A DNA stretch of 61,365 nt. It comes from Elusimicrobiota bacterium (GTDB lineage Bacteria; Elusimicrobiota; Elusimicrobia; UBA1565). A program made the position numbers and the translations under genes. Under the pieces are notes generated by a model. The model searched no databases. It was not told the DNA's origin and saw nothing but the letters and a program-made list of their open reading frames with translations. Where the stretch lies: the NCBI GenBank assembly GCA_043827405.1, contig JBDRPD010000093.1:1-61365 (forward strand). The letters run 5' to 3'. This document shows, piece by piece, positions 27,958 through 35,714 of the stretch (position 1 is its first letter; each line of letters begins with the position of its first letter).

Positions 27958-30413
27958 CCCCGCGCGGTTGTGGACGCCCCGACGCCGGCTTGTTCTTCCC
28001 GGCGCGCGACTCCGTAGAGCCGATCCCGGTCGATAACCGGTTCGGCGGCCTGCAGAATATCGGGCAGCTCCACCCCATCGCGCGCCGCGATCAGGCGGCC
28101 GAGCGCGAGCGAGACCGATAGAATCGCGTTCATTCCGAGGTTCGCCTTTACCTGCATGGCGGCGATCTTTTTCTCGTCGGAGGCATCGGCGGCGACCTTG
28201 CCTCGCTTTTGCGCCAGATCGAGTTCTAGGCGCAGCAGCTCCCGGTCGATATCGGCCAGGCCGCCCAGCTCGCTGAGTTTTTTCCCTAGGAAGCTCGGGG
28301 CGATGGTCTCTTCGGCGTTGGCGACCGCGTTGAGGCAGCCCTTGCCGCCGTAGCGTTTGGCGCGCATCCAGATGCCGGCCAGCTCGTCGTCGTTCTGCGC
28401 CGATATCGTCTCGGCGTCGACGTTGGCGGCGAAGCGGTAGGTTTTCTGCTTCTCATCGTAGGTGAACAGGCGGGGATATTTGCGGGTTTGCGGGCACTCC
28501 TCAATAATACTGTCGACCAAGTGCAGGGCCTCTTCGGTGCCCGCCGAGGTGCCCAGCGGGGTGGCGGCGGCGAACTTCATGCCGTTGTCGATCCGTATCA
28601 CGACGCCGACCGTGGGGATGCCGGCATTGGTGGGCTCCTCGTGGGCCGTGATATCGGCGATCATAAGATTCTCGTCGAGCCGGTGCTTGATCGTGGACCC
28701 TTTCTGCGCCAAGCCGATCAGCTCGACGATCCGGCCGTACTTTATGAGCCGCTCCGTATTGCTGCCGCCGCCGCATTTCAGACCCAGCGCGCCCACGGCG
28801 AAACCGATATCCGCCTCCATGACCTCGTTGGGGGATTTCGAGCGGTGGGAGACGACGAGGGCGAGGCCGTGCTCCTTGGCGGTGCGGGTCGCGAGCAGGG
28901 TCTCGCTGAGCGTGCCGATCTGGTTGGCTTTGATCAGGGCGGTGTTGATCAGCCCTTGCTCCGCGCAGCGGGCGATGGTCGAGTCTTTCGTCGTGACAAG
29001 GTCGTCGCCGATGATCAGGACTTCGCTGCCGAGCTCGCGCATCAGGGATTTCCAGCCCTCCTCATCGTCCTCGGCGAACGGGTCTTCCAGGGAAACGATC
29101 GGATACTCTTTGATCCAGCGCTTGTAGAGATCGACGAGGTCCTCGGTCGTCATGATTTTGGGGTCTTCGGCGCGCCAGAATAGATACTGGCCGATCGACT
29201 CCCGTTCCCCGGTCTGTTCGCGGTAGGCGATGCTCAGTTCGCTGGCCGCCGAGTCGAGCGCGAGCACGACGTCGCGGTCCGGGACGAAGCCGCACTGCTC
29301 GATTGCCTGGACCGCCACCTTGAGCGCGCGCTCCTCCGGAAGGATATCGTCCTCGCCGCGGGCATAGGAGGCGACGACGCCGCCCTCAAGGCCGATGCCG
29401 ACGAAATTGAGCCCCTCGGAGTCCTGGATGATCTGGATGACGCGGCTTTGCAGGGCATTGGTGACGCGCTGGGCTTCGATGTAGTCCTGGGCGGTCAGCG
29501 GTATGAACATCATCTCCTGGAAGCTGAGGTTGCCGCCCATCTCCTCGGTGTGGCGGCCGCCCATGATGGAGTTGCGGAACTCCCACGGCGCGAAAACGCG
29601 GCGCCCGTCGGGCAGCTCGACTTCCTGCAGCCGGTGCACTTCAAGCTTGCGCTTGAGCTCGGAGGGCTTGGTTTCGGTCCAGCGGTATTTTCCGGCCGGC
29701 TGGCCGGAGGCGTCGGCCGAGGCGGAGACTTTGGCCGCGGCGGCCTTGTCCCGCGCCTCTTTCTCCCGCGCCTGGAAGGCCCGGTATTTTCCGGGGTCGG
29801 CCAGCAGGAAGTCAAAGAGGGCGACGATGCCTATGGTCGCCAGAAGGCGTCCCGCGTAGACGCCCCATTCAAGCCCCGCGGGACGGCAGGACGCGATCAG
29901 GACCACGCCGGGCAGGAGCGTCGCCCAAGCGAGCGTTTTGCTCGCTGCGGGTCCGGCGGCGGAGACGGCCAGATTCTGCGACTTGACGCGGGGGTGGAAG
30001 TTCCCTGATTCTTTGGCGACGCCGGGGAAGGCGCCGTAGGGAATAGTGCAGAACATCTTTAGATACCACAGCCAGCGCGCGGCGGTTCCGCCCGCGAGGC
30101 GCTCGTTCGCGGGGCCGAGGAGGTCCGGCCGGAGATTGTTGGTGCGGACGGCGGCGAGGTAGTGGCCCATTTCGTGGAGCGCGATATTGGCGTGCCAGGC
30201 GGCGTACCACATTACGGTTGAAAGGAGCAGTTCGATGCTGAAGAACATCTCGCGCAGCACGTCGGTCCGGGAGGCGATATGCTCGGAGATGCTGATCAGC
30301 GAGGTGAGAAACGCCGCGTGGAATGAAACGAGCTTGTGGTTGGCGATGATCCAGCCGCGGTCGAGGCGGCTGTGCGGCGTGTTTTTAGGCAGCGAAAAAG
30401 GTGGAAATCTCAT
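27954..30413 (-). CDS. M50-like membrane domain fused to circularly permuted enolase
   Basis: HEMGH and VSAAGP in hydrophobic N-terminus; enolase barrel motifs (GGRH, FQE, EGG, LALDSAASE, EDP, GDDL, IKANQIG, SHRS) precede the enolase N-terminal-domain motifs (GIPTV, PLGTSAG, RYGGKG, LGMNAILSVS). Confidence 0.88.
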   Translation of the reverse strand: MRFPPFSLPKNTPHSRLDRGWIIANHKLVSFHAAFLTSLISISEHIASRTDVLREMFFSIELLLSTVMWYAAWHANIALHEMGHYLAAVRTNNLRPDLLGPANERLAGGTAARWLWYLKMFCTIPYGAFPGVAKESGNFHPRVKSQNLAVSAAGPAASKTLAWATLLPGVVLIASCRPAGLEWGVYAGRLLATIGIVALFDFLLADPGKYRAFQAREKEARDKAAAAKVSASADASGQPAGKYRWTETKPSELKRKLEVHRLQEVELPDGRRVFAPWEFRNSIMGGRHTEEMGGNLSFQEMMFIPLTAQDYIEAQRVTNALQSRVIQIIQDSEGLNFVGIGLEGGVVASYARGEDDILPEERALKVAVQAIEQCGFVPDRDVVLALDSAASELSIAYREQTGERESIGQYLFWRAEDPKIMTTEDLVDLYKRWIKEYPIVSLEDPFAEDDEEGWKSLMRELGSEVLIIGDDLVTTKDSTIARCAEQGLINTALIKANQIGTLSETLLATRTAKEHGLALVVSHRSKSPNEVMEADIGFAVGALGLKCGGGSNTERLIKYGRIVELIGLAQKGSTIKHRLDENLMIADITAHEEPTNAGIPTVGVVIRIDNGMKFAAATPLGTSAGTEEALHLVDSIIEECPQTRKYPRLFTYDEKQKTYRFAANVDAETISAQNDDELAGIWMRAKRYGGKGCLNAVANAEETIAPSFLGKKLSELGGLADIDRELLRLELDLAQKRGKVAADASDEKKIAAMQVKANLGMNAILSVSLALGRLIAARDGVELPDILQAAEPVIDRDRLYGVARREEQAGVGASTTARG

Positions 30414-30420
30414 GTCTAGA

Positions 30421-30463
30421 ATCGTAGCAGAAAGGCGGGGGGGGGCAATAGGGCCGCTGGGCG
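30421..30463 (-). promoter_or_regulatory. Leaderless-type promoter with C9 tract and GGGCC motif
   Basis: TTGCCC(30443-30448)-16bp-TACGAT(30421-30426, preceded by TGc), 7 nt before ATG; G9 run 30437-30445; gggcc-gct-gggcg at 30451-30463. Confidence 0.55.
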
Positions 30464-30507
30464 CAGAAAATCCCCAGGCGCAATAATAAGATAAAATCGC
30501 GGCTTCT

Positions 30508-32037
30508 ATGAATCCGATCCGATGCGTGTTCTGGGCGGCGGCGTTCGCTCTCGGCGTGCAGGTTCCGGCCGTGCACGCCGCCGCTGCGAAAAGCGATGTG
30601 GCCCGGCGCATCGAGTCCCGCATCCAATCGGGACAGAATGTGTTCTTTGTCGCGCCGTTGGAGGGCGCGGTCTACCCCGCCAGGTTTTCTCCGCCGACGT
30701 TTAGCTGGGAGGTTTTCGCCGACGCGTTGGGCAAGGAGCGCGGCGCCGGGCTCGGCTCCTGGCGCTTGACCATCTCCGAAGAAGGGAAGGTCCTGCACGA
30801 GGAGTCGATCTCCGGGCCTCCGCGATGGACTCCGCCGCGCAAGCTGTGGGAAATCTGGACAGGAAAGAAGCTGGAAGCGGAGGTGGGCAATGAGGTGAAC
30901 CGCGCCATCCCCGTTCACTTCGGTATTGATCATCAGCCCCTTCCCGACGACGCGCTGTTTCGGTATATCGGGCTGGCCGAAGGCGCTGCGCGGCCCTATC
31001 AGCCGCCGCAGAGTTTGGTGTGGATGGATCCTGTCGCGAGCAAGTGCGAGGATGTCATCCGGATGGGCAGCCGTTGGCCGTTCCGCTGCGCCGGCTGTCA
31101 TGCGACGCACTCCCCGTCGGGTCTTTGGTCTTTCGTCGACTACCGTTTCGACAGGAAGCGCTCCTATCGCCGCAGCGTCGAGATCGCCGGGGCCGACGAT
31201 TCCGGACGGCCCGTAACGAGAATCCTGGACCCGGCCGGCGAGCTGGGCGGCCTGCGCTATTCCTTTTCCGGGGAGAAAAGCGCGCTCTTTATGTACCGGC
31301 CGCGGGGCACGGCGCCCGAGCCGTATCCCAAGGCTTACACCTTCATTAAGCCGCGGGGATACAAGCTGCATGCGGAGGCCTTCAATAAGCGCTATGTGTC
31401 GCCCTTCTGGGATATCGTGATCGCGGACCGTGCGACCGGGGAACTGGTCCCTCTTAAGGGCGCCGCCGACGCCGCTGCCGTCGAGACCTTTCCGAGTTGG
31501 TCCGCGGACGATAAGCGGGTGGCTTTCGTGCGCAATGAAGGGATGGGAAAGATGGATATCTACACGGTTGAATACAACGGCGGCAAGGGCGGGCAAGCGC
31601 AGCCTTTGGCCGGGGCCAGCGGCAACGGCAGCGACAACTATTTCCCGGAGTTCTCACCCGATGGGCGCTGGCTCGCATTTACCCGGGGGAACGCTTCCGG
31701 CGGACCGTTCGCCCGCGACAGCAGCGATATCTATATCGTTCCGGCCGCCGGGGGGCGGGCCCGCCGCCTGGAGTCGAATGTCGAGGGCGTCATGGACTCC
31801 TGGCACAGCTGGTCGAGCGACAGCCGCTGGCTTCTCTACAGCTCGAAGCGTGACGGGCTGGCTACTCGGGCCTATATTACGAGGATAGACGAGCGGGGCG
31901 GCGCCTCGGCTCCGGTGGAGCTTGGCTGCGAGCAAGGGGTGAACGCCCGGGTCAATATGCCCCAGTGGATAAAGAAGGGGCGTCCGCCTGCGTTCTCAGA
32001 CGACGAACTGGACGAACTGCAGCGCCGGAATCCGTGA
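30508..32037 (+). CDS. Secreted TolB-like (PD40 beta-propeller) protein with CxxCH motif
   Basis: Signal peptide; CAGCH; PD40-type repeats FPSWSADDK, FPEFSPDGRW, HSWSSDSRW. Confidence 0.82.
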   Translation: MNPIRCVFWAAAFALGVQVPAVHAAAAKSDVARRIESRIQSGQNVFFVAPLEGAVYPARFSPPTFSWEVFADALGKERGAGLGSWRLTISEEGKVLHEESISGPPRWTPPRKLWEIWTGKKLEAEVGNEVNRAIPVHFGIDHQPLPDDALFRYIGLAEGAARPYQPPQSLVWMDPVASKCEDVIRMGSRWPFRCAGCHATHSPSGLWSFVDYRFDRKRSYRRSVEIAGADDSGRPVTRILDPAGELGGLRYSFSGEKSALFMYRPRGTAPEPYPKAYTFIKPRGYKLHAEAFNKRYVSPFWDIVIADRATGELVPLKGAADAAAVETFPSWSADDKRVAFVRNEGMGKMDIYTVEYNGGKGGQAQPLAGASGNGSDNYFPEFSPDGRWLAFTRGNASGGPFARDSSDIYIVPAAGGRARRLESNVEGVMDSWHSWSSDSRWLLYSSKRDGLATRAYITRIDERGGASAPVELGCEQGVNARVNMPQWIKKGRPPAFSDDELDELQRRNP

Positions 32038-32068
32038 GAATGCGGCGCCGACGCTCGCCTTGTGCGCT

Positions 32069-32389
32069 TCAGGGCTGCGGCGGCGTGCGGCGCCGAGTCC
32101 AGAGAGACATGGCCAGCCCCAGGGCCAGCATCAGGAGCCCCGAGGGGAAAAATACCAGCATGATGATGGTGCCCTTCATGCCGATATCGCTCTGGTCTCC
32201 CGGATGCGCGAGGAGCATGCCCAGCAGCAGCGGCCCCACAACGCCGGCGGCGAGCAGCGCGCCTCCTGCGCGCATGAACCATCTCGGCCGGTCCTTAGCG
32301 AACAGGATTCCGGCGACTACGGCCAGGCTCGCGATAATTAACGGCGGACCCAGCACGTTGATTATGCCGTTGATCATTCTCTCGCTCAC
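32069..32389 (-). CDS. Small integral membrane protein (3 TM)
   Basis: Three hydrophobic segments; TTGACT(32418-32423)-17bp-CATCCT(32395-32400) lies 5 nt before GTG. Confidence 0.65.
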   Translation of the reverse strand: MSERMINGIINVLGPPLIIASLAVVAGILFAKDRPRWFMRAGGALLAAGVVGPLLLGMLLAHPGDQSDIGMKGTIIMLVFFPSGLLMLALGLAMSLWTRRRTPPQP

Positions 32390-32472
32390 CCTATAGGATG
32401 GCCGGTCGTCGGCGATTAGTCAAGGCGGCGCCGTTTTACCCCGGCGCCTCCTAATTTAGCCATAATAAGACG

Positions 32473-32895
32473 GTGAACATCCTGTCCCGGAACGAGGAGC
32501 AGACGCTGGCGTTCGCGGCCAAGCTGGCAAAGGCAGTGAAGCCGGGCGTCATCTGCCTCAGCGGACCGCTGGGCGCGGGTAAGACGACGTTTGTGCGCGG
32601 CTTTCTGCGCGGCCTCGGCTACCGGGGCGCCGTGCGCAGCCCGACTTTCGCCCTGGTCCATGAATACCCGCGGGTAAAGCCGCGCGTTTATCACCTCGAC
32701 CTCTACCGCATCGAGGATTCCGGCGAGCTCGACGGCATGGGGCTTGAGGACTGCCTCTCGGACGTCGGCGCCGTCAGCCTCATCGAGTGGCCGGAGATCG
32801 CCGCCGGCCGCTTGCCCGCCCGGCGCGTGGATATCTCCTTCGCGCACGCGCGCGGCGGCGGCCGCTCCCTGCGGCTGCGCCGGAGGCGGCGGTGA
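32473..32895 (+). CDS. tsaE: tRNA threonylcarbamoyladenosine biosynthesis ATPase TsaE
   Basis: LSGPLGAGKTTFVRG, SPTFALVHEY, HLDLYR, IEWP. Confidence 0.96.
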   Translation: MNILSRNEEQTLAFAAKLAKAVKPGVICLSGPLGAGKTTFVRGFLRGLGYRGAVRSPTFALVHEYPRVKPRVYHLDLYRIEDSGELDGMGLEDCLSDVGAVSLIEWPEIAAGRLPARRVDISFAHARGGGRSLRLRRRRR

Positions 32896-33524
32896 ATATC
32901 CTCGCGATCGACACCTGCGGCGAAGGGCTGTCGCTGGCGGTCGGAGGAGCCGGGCGCCGCTGCCGGCAGCGGCGGCTGCGGACCCGAAAGGCCGATGAGC
33001 GGATATTCCCGACGCTGCGGGTCCTGCTCAAGGGAGCGGGTCTGGGGCTGCGGGACCTCGACGCGGTCGTCGCGGCGAACGGGCCGGGCCGCTTTACCGG
33101 CATCCGCATCGGCATGACGTTCGCCAGGATGCTGGGGGACTCTCTGGGCGTGCCCGTCGCGGCTGTGAGCCGCTTCGCGGCGCTGGCCGCCGCGGAAAAA
33201 AAGCCGGTCCGCCGCTGCCTCGTGCTGCCGGCCGGGCGCGGCGACATCTACCTGCAGGTTTTTACGCCGGGGCGGGATGGGCGCCCGCAGCCCGCCGGCG
33301 CGCCGCGCTGGCATGCGCAGGCCGAGGGCGAAGCGGAGCTCGCGCGGCTGACGAAAGCGGACGGCGTTCTCGTCACGCGCTACGAGTTCGACCGCGGCGG
33401 GCCGTTGTTCCCGGCGTCGCTGCTGCTCAAGGCGGCGCGGGAGAAACTCGCGGCCGGCGCGGCCGGCGCTTTTCGCCCGCTGTATCTGCGGCTGGCCAAC
33501 TACGAGCTAAAGCGCGGGCGCTGA
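32892..33524 (+). CDS. tsaB: tRNA threonylcarbamoyladenosine biosynthesis protein TsaB
   Basis: GTG at 32892 (GTGA overlap), ILAIDT, GPGRFTGIRIG, C-terminal PLYLR. Confidence 0.9.
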   Translation: MNILAIDTCGEGLSLAVGGAGRRCRQRRLRTRKADERIFPTLRVLLKGAGLGLRDLDAVVAANGPGRFTGIRIGMTFARMLGDSLGVPVAAVSRFAALAAAEKKPVRRCLVLPAGRGDIYLQVFTPGRDGRPQPAGAPRWHAQAEGEAELARLTKADGVLVTRYEFDRGGPLFPASLLLKAAREKLAAGAAGAFRPLYLRLANYELKRGR

Positions 33525-33545
33525 AATATTATAATGACGGCGCCT

Positions 33546-35714
33546 ATGATCCCTTCGGCTCTGCGCCGCTTCCTCTTTTCCGCGCTGCTGATTCCGGCGT
33601 TGGCGCTTTCCGCCGCGGCGGTGCAGAAAGCGGCCTATAACCATTATTTGAAGGCGCTGCTGCTTTCCAATCAAGGGAACTCCGGCGAGGCGCTTAAAGA
33701 GTATGAGGCCGCCCTGAAGCTGGACTCGGGCTCCGCTTTCATGTATGAGCAGGCGGCCGAGCTGGCTCTGGAAATGGGCCAGAGCGACCGCGCTATGGAG
33801 TACGCGCAGCGGCTGGTTGAGCTTTCGCCGCAGGACGGCAAGGCGTTTTTCCTGCTGGGCAACGTGCATTGGGCGCGCGGCGAACTGGAACCGGCGCAGG
33901 CCGCTTTCGAGAAGACGCTCGAGCTGCAGCCGGATTATGCGCACGCGCTCTATACTCTGGGCAACCTGCTGAGCTCGCAGTCGCCGGAGCTGGCCAAGCG
34001 CTACCTGCAGGACTACGTGGCGCAAAATCCGGACAACGCCTCCGATGCGGAATTTCAGATCGCCGTCATCGAGCAGCGGGCGGGCCGGGAAGACGGCGCG
34101 GTCGAGCATCTGCGTTCCGCCATCGAGCTGGATCAGGAAAATATGCACGCGTACTACGCGCTGGCCCAGATCTACGAGGTGCGGCGCGATACCGTCGCCG
34201 CGCTGGCGGTCTACGAGGAGATACTTGAGCGCGATCCCGGCAATGCGGCGCTGCTCAACCACGTCGGGGAGATCCACTACCTGGTCGAAGATATCGAGGC
34301 GGCGCGCGGTCTTTTCCAGCGCGCCAAGGACCTGCAGCCGGCGAACCCGACGACCTGTTTGTGGCTGGCGCTGCTGGCAGAGCAGCAGGATGACTATAAG
34401 GCCGCGGCGGAGCATATTCGAGCCAGCTCCGCCCTCGATCAGGAGGCGTCGCTCAACCTGCGGCTAAGCTACTACCTGACGCAGGCCGATGACCTGAAGA
34501 GCGCCGTTGCCGTTCTGGAGAACGCCCATAAAAGCTGGCCGCGGAACGAGGAGATTTCCTATTTTCTGGCGCTCGGCTACGACGACTTAAAGCTGCCGCG
34601 CCGCGCTATCGAGCTGATGAAAGAGGTGCTCGCGCTCCGGGCGGATCACCGCGACGCGCGGTTCCAGCTGGGAGCGCTCTATGAGAAGACCGGGGACATC
34701 GCCAATACGGAAATTCAGTTCCGCGAGATTCTGCGCGCGCATCCGGACGACGACTCGGCGCTGAATTTTCTCGGCTATACGCTGGCGGATCGGAATATGA
34801 AGCTCGACGATGCGGAAGCGATGATCGCGCGGGCGGTGGAGCTCAATCCCCGGAACGGAGCTTATATCGATTCGCTCGGCTGGGTGCACTACCGGCGCGG
34901 GCGCCTTGAAGAAGCGCTGCGCGAGCTGCGCCGCGCCGCGACCATGCTGCCCGCGGACGACGCCGTCTGGGCGCATCTGGGAGAAGTGCTGGACAAGCGG
35001 GGGCTCCGGCGGGAATCGTGGCAGGCGTGGAAGCGGAGCCAGCTCTACGCGCCGCAGAAAGCGCAGTACGAGGTGGCGGTCGCCAAGCTCGAGAAGACGC
35101 TCGCGCCGGAAGAGCTGGGCGCGTACTATCAGGAGTTTTTAGGCCGGATGCTGGAGGCTTTGACGTCGTACGGCGGGCCGTGCGCGATTCGGGGTGAAGT
35201 CGCGGGAAAGAAGTTCACGCTGCAGGGGATCGTTCACTATAAAGCGCCGTGGGACTTGACCGTCGATGTTCTGGGACCGATGTTTGTTCCCGTGCTGGGA
35301 ATCGCCGTCCGCGGCGAGGACGGCTTTGAGATGGACCCGCTTGATCTTGAGGGCGTGCGGCAGGAACTGCTGCGTGAAAAGATTTACGGCGCGGTCATGC
35401 TGCTTCGGGATTTCTTCGCCGGAGGGATATTCCGCTCCGAGCCCGCGGTTTTTAAACGGGGCTGGCGGCGCTCCCGACTGGTCACGCCGGCGGGCACGCT
35501 GCACCTCAACAAGTCCCGCACGCGGATCGCTTCCATTCAGGCGCCGGACCAGCGGAACCTGCGGCTGTATTTGTCGGGCTATCAGCGCGTGCAGGGACGC
35601 TGGCTGCCGGCGCACTTCAAGATCATGGGAAAGGGCTTCGTGTTGGAATTTGGGCTGCAGAATCCCAATGCGGTGTTTGAGCCCGCGTCGGCCGCGCCAA
35701 CGCGGGCCGACTGA
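33546..35714 (+). CDS. Secreted tetratricopeptide-repeat protein with C-terminal LolB-like beta domain
   Basis: Signal peptide, many TPRs including ALNFLGYTLAD and AYIDSLGWVHY; beta-rich ~200 aa tail (LTVDVLGPMFVPV...WLPAHF). Confidence 0.85.
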   Translation: MIPSALRRFLFSALLIPALALSAAAVQKAAYNHYLKALLLSNQGNSGEALKEYEAALKLDSGSAFMYEQAAELALEMGQSDRAMEYAQRLVELSPQDGKAFFLLGNVHWARGELEPAQAAFEKTLELQPDYAHALYTLGNLLSSQSPELAKRYLQDYVAQNPDNASDAEFQIAVIEQRAGREDGAVEHLRSAIELDQENMHAYYALAQIYEVRRDTVAALAVYEEILERDPGNAALLNHVGEIHYLVEDIEAARGLFQRAKDLQPANPTTCLWLALLAEQQDDYKAAAEHIRASSALDQEASLNLRLSYYLTQADDLKSAVAVLENAHKSWPRNEEISYFLALGYDDLKLPRRAIELMKEVLALRADHRDARFQLGALYEKTGDIANTEIQFREILRAHPDDDSALNFLGYTLADRNMKLDDAEAMIARAVELNPRNGAYIDSLGWVHYRRGRLEEALRELRRAATMLPADDAVWAHLGEVLDKRGLRRESWQAWKRSQLYAPQKAQYEVAVAKLEKTLAPEELGAYYQEFLGRMLEALTSYGGPCAIRGEVAGKKFTLQGIVHYKAPWDLTVDVLGPMFVPVLGIAVRGEDGFEMDPLDLEGVRQELLREKIYGAVMLLRDFFAGGIFRSEPAVFKRGWRRSRLVTPAGTLHLNKSRTRIASIQAPDQRNLRLYLSGYQRVQGRWLPAHFKIMGKGFVLEFGLQNPNAVFEPASAAPTRAD

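Noticed and set aside
30414..30623. 70-aa N-terminal extension of the enolase fusion in the ORF track
   Set aside because: It overlaps the divergent gene and the promoter region; the -10 box supports ATG 30413.
32425..32452. GC hairpin GGCGGCGCCG-N8-CGGCGCCTCC as terminator
   Set aside because: It lies between divergent gene starts and lacks a convincing U-tract; could be chance at this GC content.
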